This document shows positions 1 to 12,705 of a DNA stretch of 64,000 bases, piece by piece. Both the position numbers and the translations under genes were made by a program. Every line of letters begins with the position of its first letter. The first letter of the stretch is position 1. The notes under the pieces were generated by a model, which worked only from the letters and a program-made list of their open reading frames with translations, did no database searches and was not told where the DNA came from. The DNA is taken from contig MCFE01000118.1 of assembly GCA_002104905.1 (NCBI GenBank), positions 1-64,000 of the forward strand. The letters are read 5' to 3'. Source of the DNA: Basidiobolus meristosporus CBS 931.73 (Eukaryota; Fungi; Basidiobolomycota).

Positions 1-1696
1 TAGGACATCACGAGCATACAAGCCTGGCGTTCTTGTGTCTATAATAAACCAGGGGCCAGCCAAATGGCCACGATGCATGATGTACTTTCCCCCACACTAA
101 CGGCCAGTTATTATCGGGGCCAACGCCACAAAATGATATCGCACATATCCGCGCATACTGAAATCCATCAATAATCAGCAAAGACCAAGGACGCAGGAGA
201 CAATTATTGAGGCTGCTTTGCAATCTGCTAGATCCACCACCACTACTCCCGCTACAGTAAATGTCGTGACCAGAAACTCAAATGGAATATTCCAGACACA
301 GTAGTGAATTTCGGTAGTAATGTAGAAAGGAATATAAGAAATTCAAGGTAGAGTGTAGCATTAGGGTGGTTTCCGAAGGGGAGTGATGTATGTGGAAACA
401 CGTAGAAGCATAATCAGAAACATCAAAATTCCATTGCTCTGACCATACGCAAAGAGTACGGAATGATTGTCTGGGCTCTAGAAGTCGAACGGGGTCCACT
501 ATCCCTCACTAACCCTCATGCTTACAATGCTCACCTCTCTTATGCAATGGCAATGTGGTGAGATCATGGAAATCCTCAGGTCGGCCTTTGAGACGCCGGC
601 TAGACGTTTTTAATTTAGTCCAAGCATCATTGTATAATCATGATATTCATACTATGCGACCCACAGCTGCACATAATGCAATTTGGTGCAATGGTCACCT
701 TGTTAGCTATGGTATCAATATCCTCGACTCGATCCACCAGCGCATTATGAAGTTGCGGTCAGCGTATCGCCTCGCCTGAGCTATACCGATGTCGAATGAA
801 GTAGCTTGCTACGGTTTATGAAATATTCGAAAGACAAACTTTCCTGAGACGCTCCCCTTGAACGACTGGTGGGAGCCTCACTGGTTGCTACTGGACGCTA
901 CTTCCGCTTGTAGGATAGTTGTGCGTGGTTGCGTGTCTGCAGAACTGTGATCGTATCGATTATATACATTAAAGGGGCTCTGCTGGTCACCCTTCTCGCC
1001 TAATTTCATGGATTATCCTTCTAATGCAATTATTTCATTTTATGGAAGATATCATTCATGTTGATCGAGTTTGCTCAAGATACGGATCGAACAAGCTTGC
1101 CAAGCTCACTCCGATCGCTTCTCCCAGCTTCCTGGCAATGCAACACTCTTCTATTCCCGAAATCTAGCTCGAAACTTGCTACTTGGGGCATTCCAATCAG
1201 CCAATGATACAGATGAATTGTGGGTGATTGTCTTAGGCTACTTCGGTTGCTTGCATTCCATCCCAGCGTCATCAATGATGGCATATAGAGAAGCAACAAT
1301 CCTCCTTAGGGTTAGTATGTGGTACTCATTTTCCCTATGGTTGAAGAAGTATTGGAGAAATGATCAGCATACTCGTGATGGTGGTCTCCTCTCCCCTCCG
1401 CCAGTATACACATCTTTCCCGGGTTCTATAAGTCTGGCTTGATAGTCTACTCTTTCACTTAGTCTCAAGATCATCCTCTATTCTTGGTTGGCTTCTCGGC
1501 AGGATGATCGGCCGCTTCTCTAACCTGACTGATTCTGACGGTTGGTTGTGATTACCATTCGAGCGGGTTCCCACGCGATGTCATAAACCTCTCAGAAGGA
1601 TTACATCTAAGAATGGTACCACATCAGTCCAAGTATTTAAGGATACTGGATGGTTGATCTGATGCCACCTTTTCCGAGTTGTCCACCACATTCAAG

Positions 1697-1978
1697 ATGT
1701 TGAAATTCCTTCTAGTTACTCTCCTGGCTGCTGTTTCGGACCTCACCTTTGCTGAACATGAAGGAGGAATTCCTTATCCCTGTCCTGATAGCTTCCGTTT
1801 ACCAGGAGTCATTTACCACTATCCAGTCCCTGGAAACTGCACGAGATTCATCAAATGTAAGGATAATTTGGGCATCTCTTATTCTTGCGATCCTTCTCTC
1901 GTGTATGATGAAGTGGTCCATATTTGCAATTGGCCCGAATTTGTCCCCATGCCCTGCGGTAATATTCCTCTTGATTAA
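1697..1978 (+). CDS. Small secreted chitin-binding protein with a single CBM14 (peritrophin-A/ChtBD2) domain, 93 aa
   Basis: Signal-peptide-like N-terminus MLKFLLVTLLAAVSDLTFA. Six Cys spaced C-X18-C-X5-C-X9-C-X12-C-X9-C, fitting the peritrophin-A pattern, with typical CxxFxxC, CxxxLxYD and CNWP motifs. TATA-like TATTTAA lies about 60 nt upstream of ATG 1697. Confidence 0.88.
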   Translation: MLKFLLVTLLAAVSDLTFAEHEGGIPYPCPDSFRLPGVIYHYPVPGNCTRFIKCKDNLGISYSCDPSLVYDEVVHICNWPEFVPMPCGNIPLD

Positions 1979-4658
1979 ATAAGAGCGGTTTGTTTTGAAC
2001 ATACATACCAAGTATTTAATGAAGTAGTAAACTATCATTTCTATACTCAACTGAACACAAACATGGCTTGGGCGGCTCTGTATTTCTATACCTTCTCTAA
2101 AGCACTGTATTTGTTATGCTGACCCCTGAGAAATGGAATTGGCCAAACTTGATCAGCAGAAAACGCCTTATGTTGATTGTCCAACAGAGAGGCCCACTTT
2201 TCTCTTCCAATGGTGCGCAACTGGTATTCATTTGAAACTGTAGTGGGTAGGCCCTGCTTGCCGGTGTTCCCAGGAGCATTTCCGACATATCTTTAATAAC
2301 CTCTATGCCTTTAAGATACTCAACGATTTCCACGCTCGCTCTCTGCTCTGGCTCACGAAATGCGCCACTGCTGGTTACAAAAAAACACCTGGCGTTGCTC
2401 AATGATGTACAAGGAATAGGTATCTGGTTATGGTATTTCTGTTGGGGTTGTATCTTGCATAGGCGCCACCATTGCATACATCGGATTACCAGACCATGCA
2501 CTGAGAGGGGAAATTCCGAAAATTTCGATCTTTTCAATGTGCAAATCAGAAGGATTGGCAAAAATTCCTCCAATTCTGAACAAACCAAGTGTATCATCAT
2601 CGTACATAAACAATTAGGTACAATACTAACTATTAGCAACTGAAGCATCGTCACAACGCAATCCCATCCGCATATAGTAGCGTCTTGATTTTGGCAATTG
2701 GCGGCAAAGTATCTGATCTGTAATTGAGCTCAATCTCGTTTAGGGCGCATAGCCAACTATCAAAAGTAGCATATCTACAACCCAGATTTACATAAACTCG
2801 TGTGATTAAGATCAGCAGTAAACCAGACCTTTGTTACCTTGTGTTTACTCTGACTACCCTGTTATTTGAGGTATTATCATCAGCCACCTTGAGTGGACCA
2901 TATTACTCACTGGCGACTTAAACCATTCCAACCCAAGATATGTACAACTCAAAGGTTGGCTGATTGAAAGGTGGCAATCCTGTTGTATGATGAACAATAT
3001 TCTGAAATAGCAGGAGCGATACCCGATGCACTACTTCAGGATCTTGAAATTGATCCTAGACTCTTGCTTAGCAACCCGCTTATGGACAAATATACTCTTC
3101 GCCTGCTCTACTCAGTATTACGTTTGCTTCGAGCTCAATGTATTGCTACCAACCCCGCTGAGAATTTGGAATTTCATGTAAGGCTTGGTATGTGACAGCT
3201 GTATATTCATTATCCCCCGTTAGCCGCTTCCTCCCTCAAACTTGTGCCTTATACCTCCAACAAAGCGAGGATAGCTTGCCTCGAGATATTTGAATATATA
3301 ATTCTTAGCAATATGTCACCCAATAAATACTAAAATTGGCGATCAGAGGGGGACTGCGACTCTGGTAGTGGTGAACATGGGATTTATAGTAGAATTCTGG
3401 GAAAGTAGAGGTGTAGCAGATCCTCGGGTATTGTAACATTCTGAATGTTGAAATCATAATCTAGCAGAGCGATCCATCAGTTCAGCCCAACTCGGGATAC
3501 GCAAGAATGCTGTGAAAAACGCCTTTGTCAACACCTGTCAAACCAACTCCAACAACTAGATACTAGCCTTCCTCAGCCCGGGGAGTAATAGTGGGTCAAT
3601 GTTCGATTGGGATGGAGCCTGGCTTCATTGTTTTTAAAACAACCTTCAAGGACATGTAGTACCATGTCGACAGATTTGTACTAAACCAAGTAATTTTTGC
3701 ATGCTACACCCTCCACCCTCTCCCGCGTTGATCAATCCGCAGGCTTCAAGTAACAAATGTATCGTTGAATAAATCAGCAGGACTGAATGGCAACTATTCG
3801 GATCGGGGATATGTCCTTATTACCGATAAGAGCTGGTGGCGCTGTATGGATGTACTACACCCAAAAGTAGCGAAGCATCCACCGCCAGTAGCACCAAGTG
3901 GTAATGGTGCCAATGAACACTTGAGCCGCTGAGAGCGATCGGACTTCAAGAACATGGACACTTATTAGCAAATGTTATTTATAGCACTAGAGTCTATGCG
4001 TTGAATAGAGGTCTGGTGCACCCTGCCTTCCCTTTTTAAGGTGCCATTGGTGCTGCATAGCTACCTCATTTCCGACCTGTCTATCTATCCACTTGGTAAC
4101 ACTGGCATTTCCGACGAACATGTCAGTGACGAGTCTTGCAGAACAAATTATACTTTTGCTGTCTACTTGATTTGGATCAGAGGCGACGATTCCAATGGAT
4201 CTTCCCCCGATTAGGAAAAACGTTTCTTAAAATAGGGGTATTCATTGGCGAGAAAGTCATTAATATCGCCATTTGAAAATATATTAAGTTGAAGCCCCAT
4301 ATATCATAAATATGATTTCCTCAGTAATACAATATCACGGTTCCCTATCGGTTTTCACTATGAATGATAATAACGCCAACAATGACTTCATCAGGATCAT
4401 CTTTTCATCTACGAAGGAGCCAACCATTTCATTTCCTCTCTTCCCCACACCTCGATAACTTCTCGGATTCCACCAATTTGTTGCCCAATTTTGGTTTGTT
4501 TCCTCTACGCCAAAGCACAGAAAAGCCACGAGCCCCCGCTCCATCCTGCCTTCCACTCGAATATAATCTAGCAGCCGTGGCCACACATTCGTTCTATTTA
4601 AGCATACCACTCCTTTCCCAATAACTTTGGACTTTTCACATAAGAAAGAGGAAACAAC

Positions 4659-6625
4659 ATGCCCGACCTACCTAGCCACTCAGCCGAGACTCGGAACGGC
4701 AATGCTCGAGGAAACTCGGTTATGAGACTTTTCAACCCCAAAATATTGTTTCGTCGTCGCTTAGTGTTGTTTGTGTTCTTCTGCACTGTATGCATGTTAT
4801 TATTATACCATACGGGAGTCGTGAATCCTGACAGATTCAGCTTTCACCGTTCAGAGAACGCTTTGGTCGATCAAGACGAGACTCTTACTGGAAGTGTAAG
4901 CAACTCCTCGTTTCCCAACGAACAGTCAAAACTTGAGAACCCTGCCAACACGTACTACTTGAGTGCAGAGCACAAGAAGCTCTCGCTGGGACGACAAGCG
5001 AAGGTCAGAGCTGCTCTCTTATCTACTTGGGGTGCCTACTTCAGCAATGCGTTTGGACAGGACGAAATTGTACCTTTGACAAAGGAAGGTAAACTGAGCC
5101 ACAATGGTTGGGGAGTCACGGTAGTGGACTCCTTGGATACTTTGTTGATTCTTTCGTCGCAGTACGACTATATCCAAGGAAAGCAACATGTCAAGAATAT
5201 GACTTTTTCTCATGGTACCGTGGTTCCCTATTTTGAGACCACATCTAGATACATCGGGGGATTCCTTGGTGCCTACGAGTTAATGCAAGATGCAATCATG
5301 CTTGAAAAAGCCACCGAGCTTGGCGACTTGTTGGCTCAAGCGTTTGAATCCCCCTCAGGGATCCCATACTCCTCGTTGGATTTTATTACCGGAGAAGCAA
5401 CGACAGCTGCCCATACCGAGGGCTCCTTACTGGGCGAGATTGGCGGACTTCAGATGGAGTTTAGAAGACTGGCGCAGGTCACCGGAAAGCGACATTTTTT
5501 GGAGAAGTCCCAATATGTGATCGATTTTCTTGATCAAAGCGTCACGAAAATCCCTGGCCTTTATCCCCAAGCATTTGACCCTGACAGTGGTAAATTCAAA
5601 AGCCAAGTCGTCTCCTTGGAGAACACGGGTCATCGATTCTATGAGACGCTTCTGAAGCAATATCTTTTCTCGGTCAACACGTTAGAGCAGTACCGTGTTA
5701 TGTGTAAGTGGTTCCACTACGATGAAGATTCACAGAGATTGACTAAACTCCTCTATTAGACGAGCGAGCTGCTGATGCGATCCACAAGCATTTGATCTAC
5801 GTGGATTCAGAAAAGCGCACTTTCTTGGCAAGCTTGGATGAAGATGGCAAGATGGTCCAGTCCATGAATCACGAAGCGTGTGCTGTACCAGGGATGCTAG
5901 CACTTGGTGCGCAAGCCCTGAACCGCCCCGACGACCTTTTGCTGGCGAAGGCTCTGATTCAAACCTGTATCGGGATGGCGGAAACCACAACTACTGGTCT
6001 CCCACCTTCTAGAATAGGCTGGGCCGCGAAGGATCAATACAACGAGCTCTCATCTCAACACAAAAATGAAATCCAGAGACATGGCTTCTACACCATCGAG
6101 AAAGATTATCAACTCTGGCCTGGTAAGACCAAATCAAATGAGGCAGCAGCAATTCAGGCGGCTAACGGACATTTAACAGAAATCGTGGAGAGCTTGTTCA
6201 TGCTATACCGGGTTACCTTGGACCGTCAATACCAGGAGGCAGGCTGGAAGTTCTTTTTGGTTAGTAAAATTGTGGCTTGCCGAAAAAGCGGGATCCCTAA
6301 CACCCGGACTCTTCCATGGAAATATGTAGGCTCTGGAGAAGCATTGTAAAGTGAAATATGGCTTCAGCGGCTTGAAGGATGTTGGAAACGGTGAATCGAA
6401 AGATAACCATATGGACAGGTATTGATAAGTCAATCGAGTCCTTTGCTGTAACCCGTGATTCTAAATCTTGTATTGCCTTGTAGTCAATTCCTGGCCAAAA
6501 CCATGAAATATCTATACCTATTATTTACACCCACAGACCTCTTACCTATCGATGAATACTTGTTTACTTCGGGAGGCCATGTTATCCGTATTCCAAGGAA
6601 GTGGGAGTCTCGCATCACGGCTTAA
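4659..6625 (+). CDS. GH47 class I alpha-1,2-mannosidase homolog, type II membrane protein, 5 exons, about 572 aa; probably catalytically impaired
   Basis: Exons 4659-5703, 5760-6122, 6180-6259, 6330-6418 and 6484-6625, joined by GT-AG introns of 56, 57, 70 and 65 nt, give one open frame. N-terminal TM RRRLVLFVFFCTVCMLLLY. GH47 motifs: AFGQDEIVPL, GWGVTVVDSLDTL, FETTSRYIGG, EIGGLQMEF, PEIVESLFMLYRVT, KYLYLLF. Confidence 0.93.
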
Positions 6626-7191
6626 TCGATGTCTTGCAGCGGCGTACCCGTTTGGATACGTACAAATCCAGCAACTACCATGACTTTTGACGAATATAAA
6701 CATGTGTGTACAGATCAACCTTTCTCAATACTACTTGTTACATCTATATATTTCATCCCAGTTCGTTTATATCTATCATCTGCTTTGTCAGCCTTCACAA
6801 GTCGCAACTGACAATACTCAAAATAAACAAACCCATAAATCCCAGAAAACGTGTATGCAGTGGAGCAAGTTTTCGAGGACTCGACACACCACGATGTGCA
6901 AATGAGCGAAGCAACTTGGCGCCTCTAAAAATGGATGCTGTACCTCGGCTTCACCAATGCTTTGGAAACGAATTAGACTATTCTATGAATGTAAGTCATG
7001 AACACTGCCAAAGCGATCTAGGCATGAGGTGGGGAATAAGTTTATTTACAATTTCAGCGAATGGTGAAAACTCGATTAGATCAATATATAGTCCATTAGA
7101 TTCAACATCGATGCATACATTTAATGCATATTGTCCAATGATTTGAAGAATAAAAACATGGTCACAAATGCTGTGACCGTAATGGAAGTCA

Positions 7192-7878
7192 CTATTTAGC
7201 AAGTGATGAAGAGTTCTTTGACGCATCCGCGTTCTTTTCCAGTAGCAATGCCCGCAGCCACTCCACCTCTTTCTCCAAATCTTTGACGGTACTTGCCAAG
7301 GACTCTGCTTTAGCCGTCATATCTTGAACGGTCTTTTCAAGCTCCTGCTCCCGGATTTTTTTCTTGATCCTGAATCGCGCTGAGGCAGCAGTATTACGCC
7401 GACGTTTGTCCATCTCCACGTTGGTATGTTCGGAATTCCCGTCCTCATCATTGGCCTGATCTTTCACTGACTTTCTCCGTTTTCTGTTCTGCAAGAACGG
7501 GGCCTCTGAGGATTTTTTGGAAGGAGCAGACTCGACTAGAGCTGGATCGATTGTCTTCAATGGGAAAGCGGGGTGAGGCTCTATTAAGCTGGTGAGCTCT
7601 GCCGCCTCAATAGCAAAACTATTGACCGGTGATGCAGCGGACTGACTAAGAGCAGGTGTGTTTATAGGTGGGGAGCCAAAACTAAGATTAAAGGGATCGT
7701 AAGTCGGGTTCACCATAGCGCTGTGGCTTAGGTCAAATGGCATTGCTGTGTCAATAGTAAATTGGGCCGAACTCCAAAGACTCAATTCTTCTTTGACTTC
7801 CCTTCCGTCCAAGTCTGGCAACTGATAAAGACTGGAATTCACTGTAGATAGGAAGTCCGCCGAAAAAAAATTGGACAT
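7192..7878 (-). CDS. bZIP transcription factor, MetR/CYS-3/Zip1 (sulfur-regulator) type, 228 aa
   Basis: Basic region KRRRNTAASARFRIKKK plus leucine zipper ending LEKEVEWLRALL. N-terminal ELSLWSSAQF resembles the conserved N-terminal motif of this family. Intronless ORF. Confidence 0.88.
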   Translation of the reverse strand: MSNFFSADFLSTVNSSLYQLPDLDGREVKEELSLWSSAQFTIDTAMPFDLSHSAMVNPTYDPFNLSFGSPPINTPALSQSAASPVNSFAIEAAELTSLIEPHPAFPLKTIDPALVESAPSKKSSEAPFLQNRKRRKSVKDQANDEDGNSEHTNVEMDKRRRNTAASARFRIKKKIREQELEKTVQDMTAKAESLASTVKDLEKEVEWLRALLLEKNADASKNSSSLAK

Positions 7879-9352
7879 CTCTAATTATGTTGACAAGAAC
7901 TAAACTTTAAGCGTAGACAATACCACCAATGTCAATATCGGGTAGCTTCATACACGTAGGTGATAGGCAAACAATAGAAGAAACAGACTCTACGAAAGCA
8001 GTCGTTGGAGGCAAGTCTTTTATATCGGCAATGTGGAGACAATCCGCCAATCATAGCTAGGATAGGGCCAGTAAAGGCCCATTCCTAATAGATCAATGAG
8101 AAATGGCTGACCACGGTAGCAGAGGGGACGTCTCAAACGATTACTAATTGCCAGCAATGGATTTGTCATGAAATTCGATGAGAGTCTAAACCCACATTTC
8201 CAGCTCCTATGCCATGTGCCTTGATCATCAGCAAATTGATTCTCGGCTGTGGGATACGTGTAGTGCAGCGCACATGTCTTACGTCTGAAAATAAATGCTA
8301 GGCTATCTCCCAGCGATTGGCTGCTTTAATATTACACCGAGGGATCTACACAATATGAGGCAATGATAACTCACAGATATAGTATCTTCGATACTGCTCT
8401 ACCTCGGCAATTCAGAAAGCGAGGATATATAGCCCCACTGATAGGAACGATGGCTTTCTTCGCTGTAGTCAACAAATTCTGGTGGGTTGGCTATCAAGAA
8501 ACTGGGACATGGCCGATAGTCTGTAGATACGGCAGCGCTCTGGGTACATTTGATAAGTGGCGGAGTTTAAAGTTAATTGATGCCATGGCAGTACTAGAAA
8601 AGCATGGCACCGCAATCAGGCTTATCTGATTAGTAATAACCTGCCTGTGAATAGACAATATGCACCACTAATTATTTCACAGGATCCCATCATCCTGCGG
8701 ATCAACTGGTGTAAAAGAAATACTCGTCGATATGACGCTCCATCCTGCGAAGTACCCTGACCCAAGGATAAACGCCAACATTTATCACAAGCTCTTATTA
8801 AGGATACAAATCCTTTGTTCAGGCAATAGAAAAAGCAGCGATTGGTTTCTTGTTAAGCTTTCCCTTCAGATACCCCACTCTATTGAGAATAGCTTCAGAT
8901 TCTACGGGCCAATGGTCATGGCATCAGCAACTGGTTTGTTAGGCTTGCGTGCACGCATCTTGTTAACCACAACGGCCAAGATTTGACTTGGTTGGAATCC
9001 TGCTTCACTATCAGTCATAAAACGCAAGCCTTACGCCTGTGACAGCTATCTATCAGTGATCTAATCATCTAATCGCCATCGGGGATTGATTTCCCGCCAA
9101 TGCTCAAATGCATCATGAGGAGCCGCATTGCTTTAAGGCTATTAGAGTCATGAGCAGAGTATATGCCACAAAGACACGGCACTAGATAGCCAAACTCCCT
9201 GTTCGCAGAGGAGCTCTAGAGAATCCTAGTAACCGCTCCATCGCCTCAATACTTGATTTTAAAACAAACTTGTTTATTGGATTTGGAAGTCGCCAATAGA
9301 GATAGAAATAGACGTCACTTCATGAGCTTTGATACACATATACGCAATTAAA

Positions 9353-9805
9353 TCATTCCTCCATCGAATCACCTGTATCAGGCCAGTCACATGCAATCCC
9401 TCCATCCTGAACAGCCTTACAAATTGTTCCATCAGAGCATGTGTTCTGTATCCATGCCCCGGTATTGCACCGCTGAAACTCCGGTGAATTCGACCCGGAG
9501 CACTGGTATTGCCCATCCTCACATTCAGATGAGCCGGAAGCTGATTTAGGATCCTCTGGGTCAGAGGTGTCGTCAGTCGGGACCTCAGTGGGAACAGGAT
9601 CATCTTGAGGGGCCTCACTGGTGGGCGATACATCGCCGCCAGTAGTGCCGAGATCACTGGAGACGGCATTGGCCGTAGGCTGGTCACCAGAGCTAACAAA
9701 ATCCGTGGCTGCGGGTGCCGATGTAATATCTTGAGCGCAGATCTGTCCTGCATAAAGGCAGACTAAGGCTAGAAGTGCTACGGAAGTCTGGAATTTCATG
9801 TTCAC
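9353..9805 (-). CDS. Secreted protein: signal peptide, S/T/P/D-rich linker and C-terminal six-Cys CBM19-like chitin-binding module
   Basis: Signal peptide MKFQTSVALLALVCLYAGQICA. C-terminal CEDGQYQCSGSNSPEFQRCNTGAWIQNTCSDGTICKAVQDGGIACDWP matches the CBM19-like CxxGxxxC...FxxC...W...CxxGTxC pattern. Start is either 9805 or 9799. Confidence 0.82.
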   Translation of the reverse strand: MNMKFQTSVALLALVCLYAGQICAQDITSAPAATDFVSSGDQPTANAVSSDLGTTGGDVSPTSEAPQDDPVPTEVPTDDTSDPEDPKSASGSSECEDGQYQCSGSNSPEFQRCNTGAWIQNTCSDGTICKAVQDGGIACDWPDTGDSMEE

Positions 9806-12705
9806 TATAGGGCTGTGGAATTCGGAATCAGTGGAAGTATCGTTTCGTGAAGTACAAACTGTGAGGCTATTGTCAAATGGAAGAGCATTGCCAGGTTTTA
9901 TATTCTTCCGCTCTGGCTTGTCTTGTCGAATCTTGGTGACTCTGTTACTGCTCAGCTACTAATTGCTCTCGACAAGCAATGTTTTCGTCTAGCATTGGCC
10001 TCGCAACCAACGTTTGGTCTGATCGTTCTATACGCCATCAAGACTAATCCAATCCTCAGGCTGGAGAGCTCCTGTTTGACTGGATTGGTTACTTGGATCT
10101 AGCTTATCACCACAACACTACACATGATTGAATCGTCTCAAGTAACAGGTCACTTCTTGGTCATAATTACATAGGAAAGATATAATTAACCACCCTCTAC
10201 CATCCATTTGACGGCCATTTCGGGTCGCTGAAAAATAATCCCTGAAAAGAAGAATTCTAGTACTGGCTAGTGTTGACAAGATCTGTGTCGATCGAACCAC
10301 CGTATACTCTCCTAGTACTCGCATTATAAAGGGCCCGCACGAGCTGTTAATGCACTGCGTTTTATGAGCTGGTAGTCATTAGATTCTCACTACCTTTCGC
10401 AAACATAGCTTGTGGCCAGTCACCCCTTGACATATCGTTGATTGAAGGTAGACGCGAGCCTTGCTTTGCTTCAAATCCATTCGCCATTGTGTTGCTGACT
10501 AATCCAAACAATGAAAGTTTCAGGGATGGCCAATAACCAGTATCTATATACTGAGTTGGAGCAAACATGTATTTGGGAGTGGCTAGCAACCTATGGCAAT
10601 GAAAATGTTTCGATTAACGTGACACAACACAATACCAAAGCATTATCACATGTTTGCTATCTCCCAACGGCTCGCTCTAATGTGGGGGGGAGGGCTATCA
10701 AAGTACTCACCAGTATCGAAATCCAGTCCATGTCAAGCCAGTGACTTTATTCTTTGACATTCTTGAGCAGCAGTGGCAATTTATTTAGTGACAATGGGGT
10801 TTACATGGAAAAAGTCCCCGATTTCCCAGGGTCCGGTTAGTAACATTAGCCCCATTAGATTAGGCTGGCTTAGCCTGACATAGGGATCTATTCCTCGGTG
10901 AGTGGGCTTCAGCGATCGAGGTTCTTGATCAGAATTTACGATACACCTACAATGCTTTTGAAACAAGCATCTGCTTGACCGAGTTACTGTAACAAAGATT
11001 CATTCGAATTCCCTGAAAGTTGAACCACCTCCCTTATATGACTATATAACTAAGAGACACTGCCTAATGTGACCACTTTGCAACTTCGTTGTCAAAATGA
11101 AGTCTGCGTTTTTGTAGCATAGCCGGAAGAGATTTAGATGATACGTGGGCACGATTTTGGGGCCTTTTCCTGCCTTGTAGCTCCCAGTAGGATGGAGAAA
11201 AGACGAAGAAACCAACCCTGTCCAATCACCCTGGTTTACCCCACTTAGAGGCGAGGGCAGGCTCTCATCACTACGTACACTTCAATCTACAGTGCGCGAT
11301 TCACCGCAACTCCCCATACTCAAGTGCGCCACCCCAGGTTGAAACACCAATAACCCGGTCTTGGTGACTCCCATCATGTCAGGTTTGGCTTGTTTCGGCT
11401 CACTGGTCCAGGTTCCGGAGATTGTAGAATTCATGAGCCATCTGATCCATGAGTAAATGGATTTTAATAACAATGGCACCCATGTCTGAAAGTGGATATC
11501 ATTTCCCCACGGTAACCCCATTTATGGCAGGAAAAACAATTGGAAACCGCCTATTGATGGGCTTTGTAACATTGCCCATTTCGTAACATCCATACGGCAT
11601 CCAGCGAGATCGCCTTTTAAGATAGATGATAGCGAAGTATCGAGCGACAGCAAACCAACCCTAGCAGGATACCCAGCACAATTCCGTTGAATGCACAAGC
11701 CCACGATGGACACGTGAATGGCAAGAGCTGTGCACGACATGCTGGTATTCTCCCAGACGCCACCTTCATGGGACCACCAAATCCAACTGTTGATCATCAG
11801 GCCCCGTTGCCTCGCCTTCCGGAACAATCCATAGCAATCGGCTATCCGAGCAGCCATCCATACTGACACACGGGGTGTCTCCGCTGAAACATGGAGCTCA
11901 GATTGGCTGGTGTGACAAGCGGGATGATAGTCCATGTTTTAGCATGACTCGCAGGGACTCTTGTCAATGACCATGGGAAGCCACAAATGTATAGGATCTG
12001 CAACCTTCATTTACACCATGTACAGCCCATCCCAGAAACCTCGATGCCAATGATTTTCCCATCATTGGCCAACCACGCTCATTGTCTGAGATCACTGCCT
12101 GGCGGGTTGAGTCATCCTAAAACTGACAACCGGTTTCAACAAGGTGACCACCACCATATCATCCGCACTAGGGAATCCATGGCTCATCCCGCTTCGACGG
12201 AATTCCCATTTCGATTAATTAATTTCGAAATGGGACGAGAATGCCTGGCGGTTCGACGTCGTCCATGGCCATATTTATCGCTGTCAACAAAAGCCGCATT
12301 GTTGGTAGCGCGCACCAATACCCAAATCTAACCCCTTTCCACCACGAGTTTCCATATTTGTAGCCTTTCCATCCGAACAGCATCCGTTTAAGAAGATTTT
12401 GTTTACTCTATTGTGATGCAGTGATTTTTGTAATATCGTGTATGATTAGTATACATACCTACAATGAAAGCAAAATGAAGAATCCAAAAATAACAGGAAA
12501 GTGGCATTGAGTTGCAAATTTTACATGCAAAAATCGAAGATCAAAGTAAAGCAATATCAAACTAACGAATATACTTCATCCGGCAATATAACTAAGGTGG
12601 CGAACAAAATCAAAACTAAACCCGACCAAATTAAAAATGTCTATAGTTCAAACCGACTTGGCATGATGTATGTACGAAATAATTGACTTGCGCTTCATAC
12701 GCGCT

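Noticed and set aside
1-1500. Short ORFs on both strands, some hydrophobic
   Set aside because: No recognisable motif and no consistent splice model; left unannotated.
2097-2654. 185-aa minus-strand ORF with VEYLKGIEVIK, faintly like a bacterial ABC permease motif
   Set aside because: Only a short match with no surrounding TM or NBD context; likely chance.
2880-3950. LLTGDLNH motif (EEP-nuclease-like) and two plausible introns (about 3188 and 3690)
   Set aside because: Frames are interrupted by stops and no family could be assigned; a decayed gene is possible but unsupported.
6629-7146. Overlapping ORFs between the GH47 and bZIP genes
   Set aside because: They lie in convergent 3' regions and lack domain signal.
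8363-8986. Two same-frame plus-strand ORFs suggesting a pseudogene
   Set aside because: No recognisable homology; several stops separate them.
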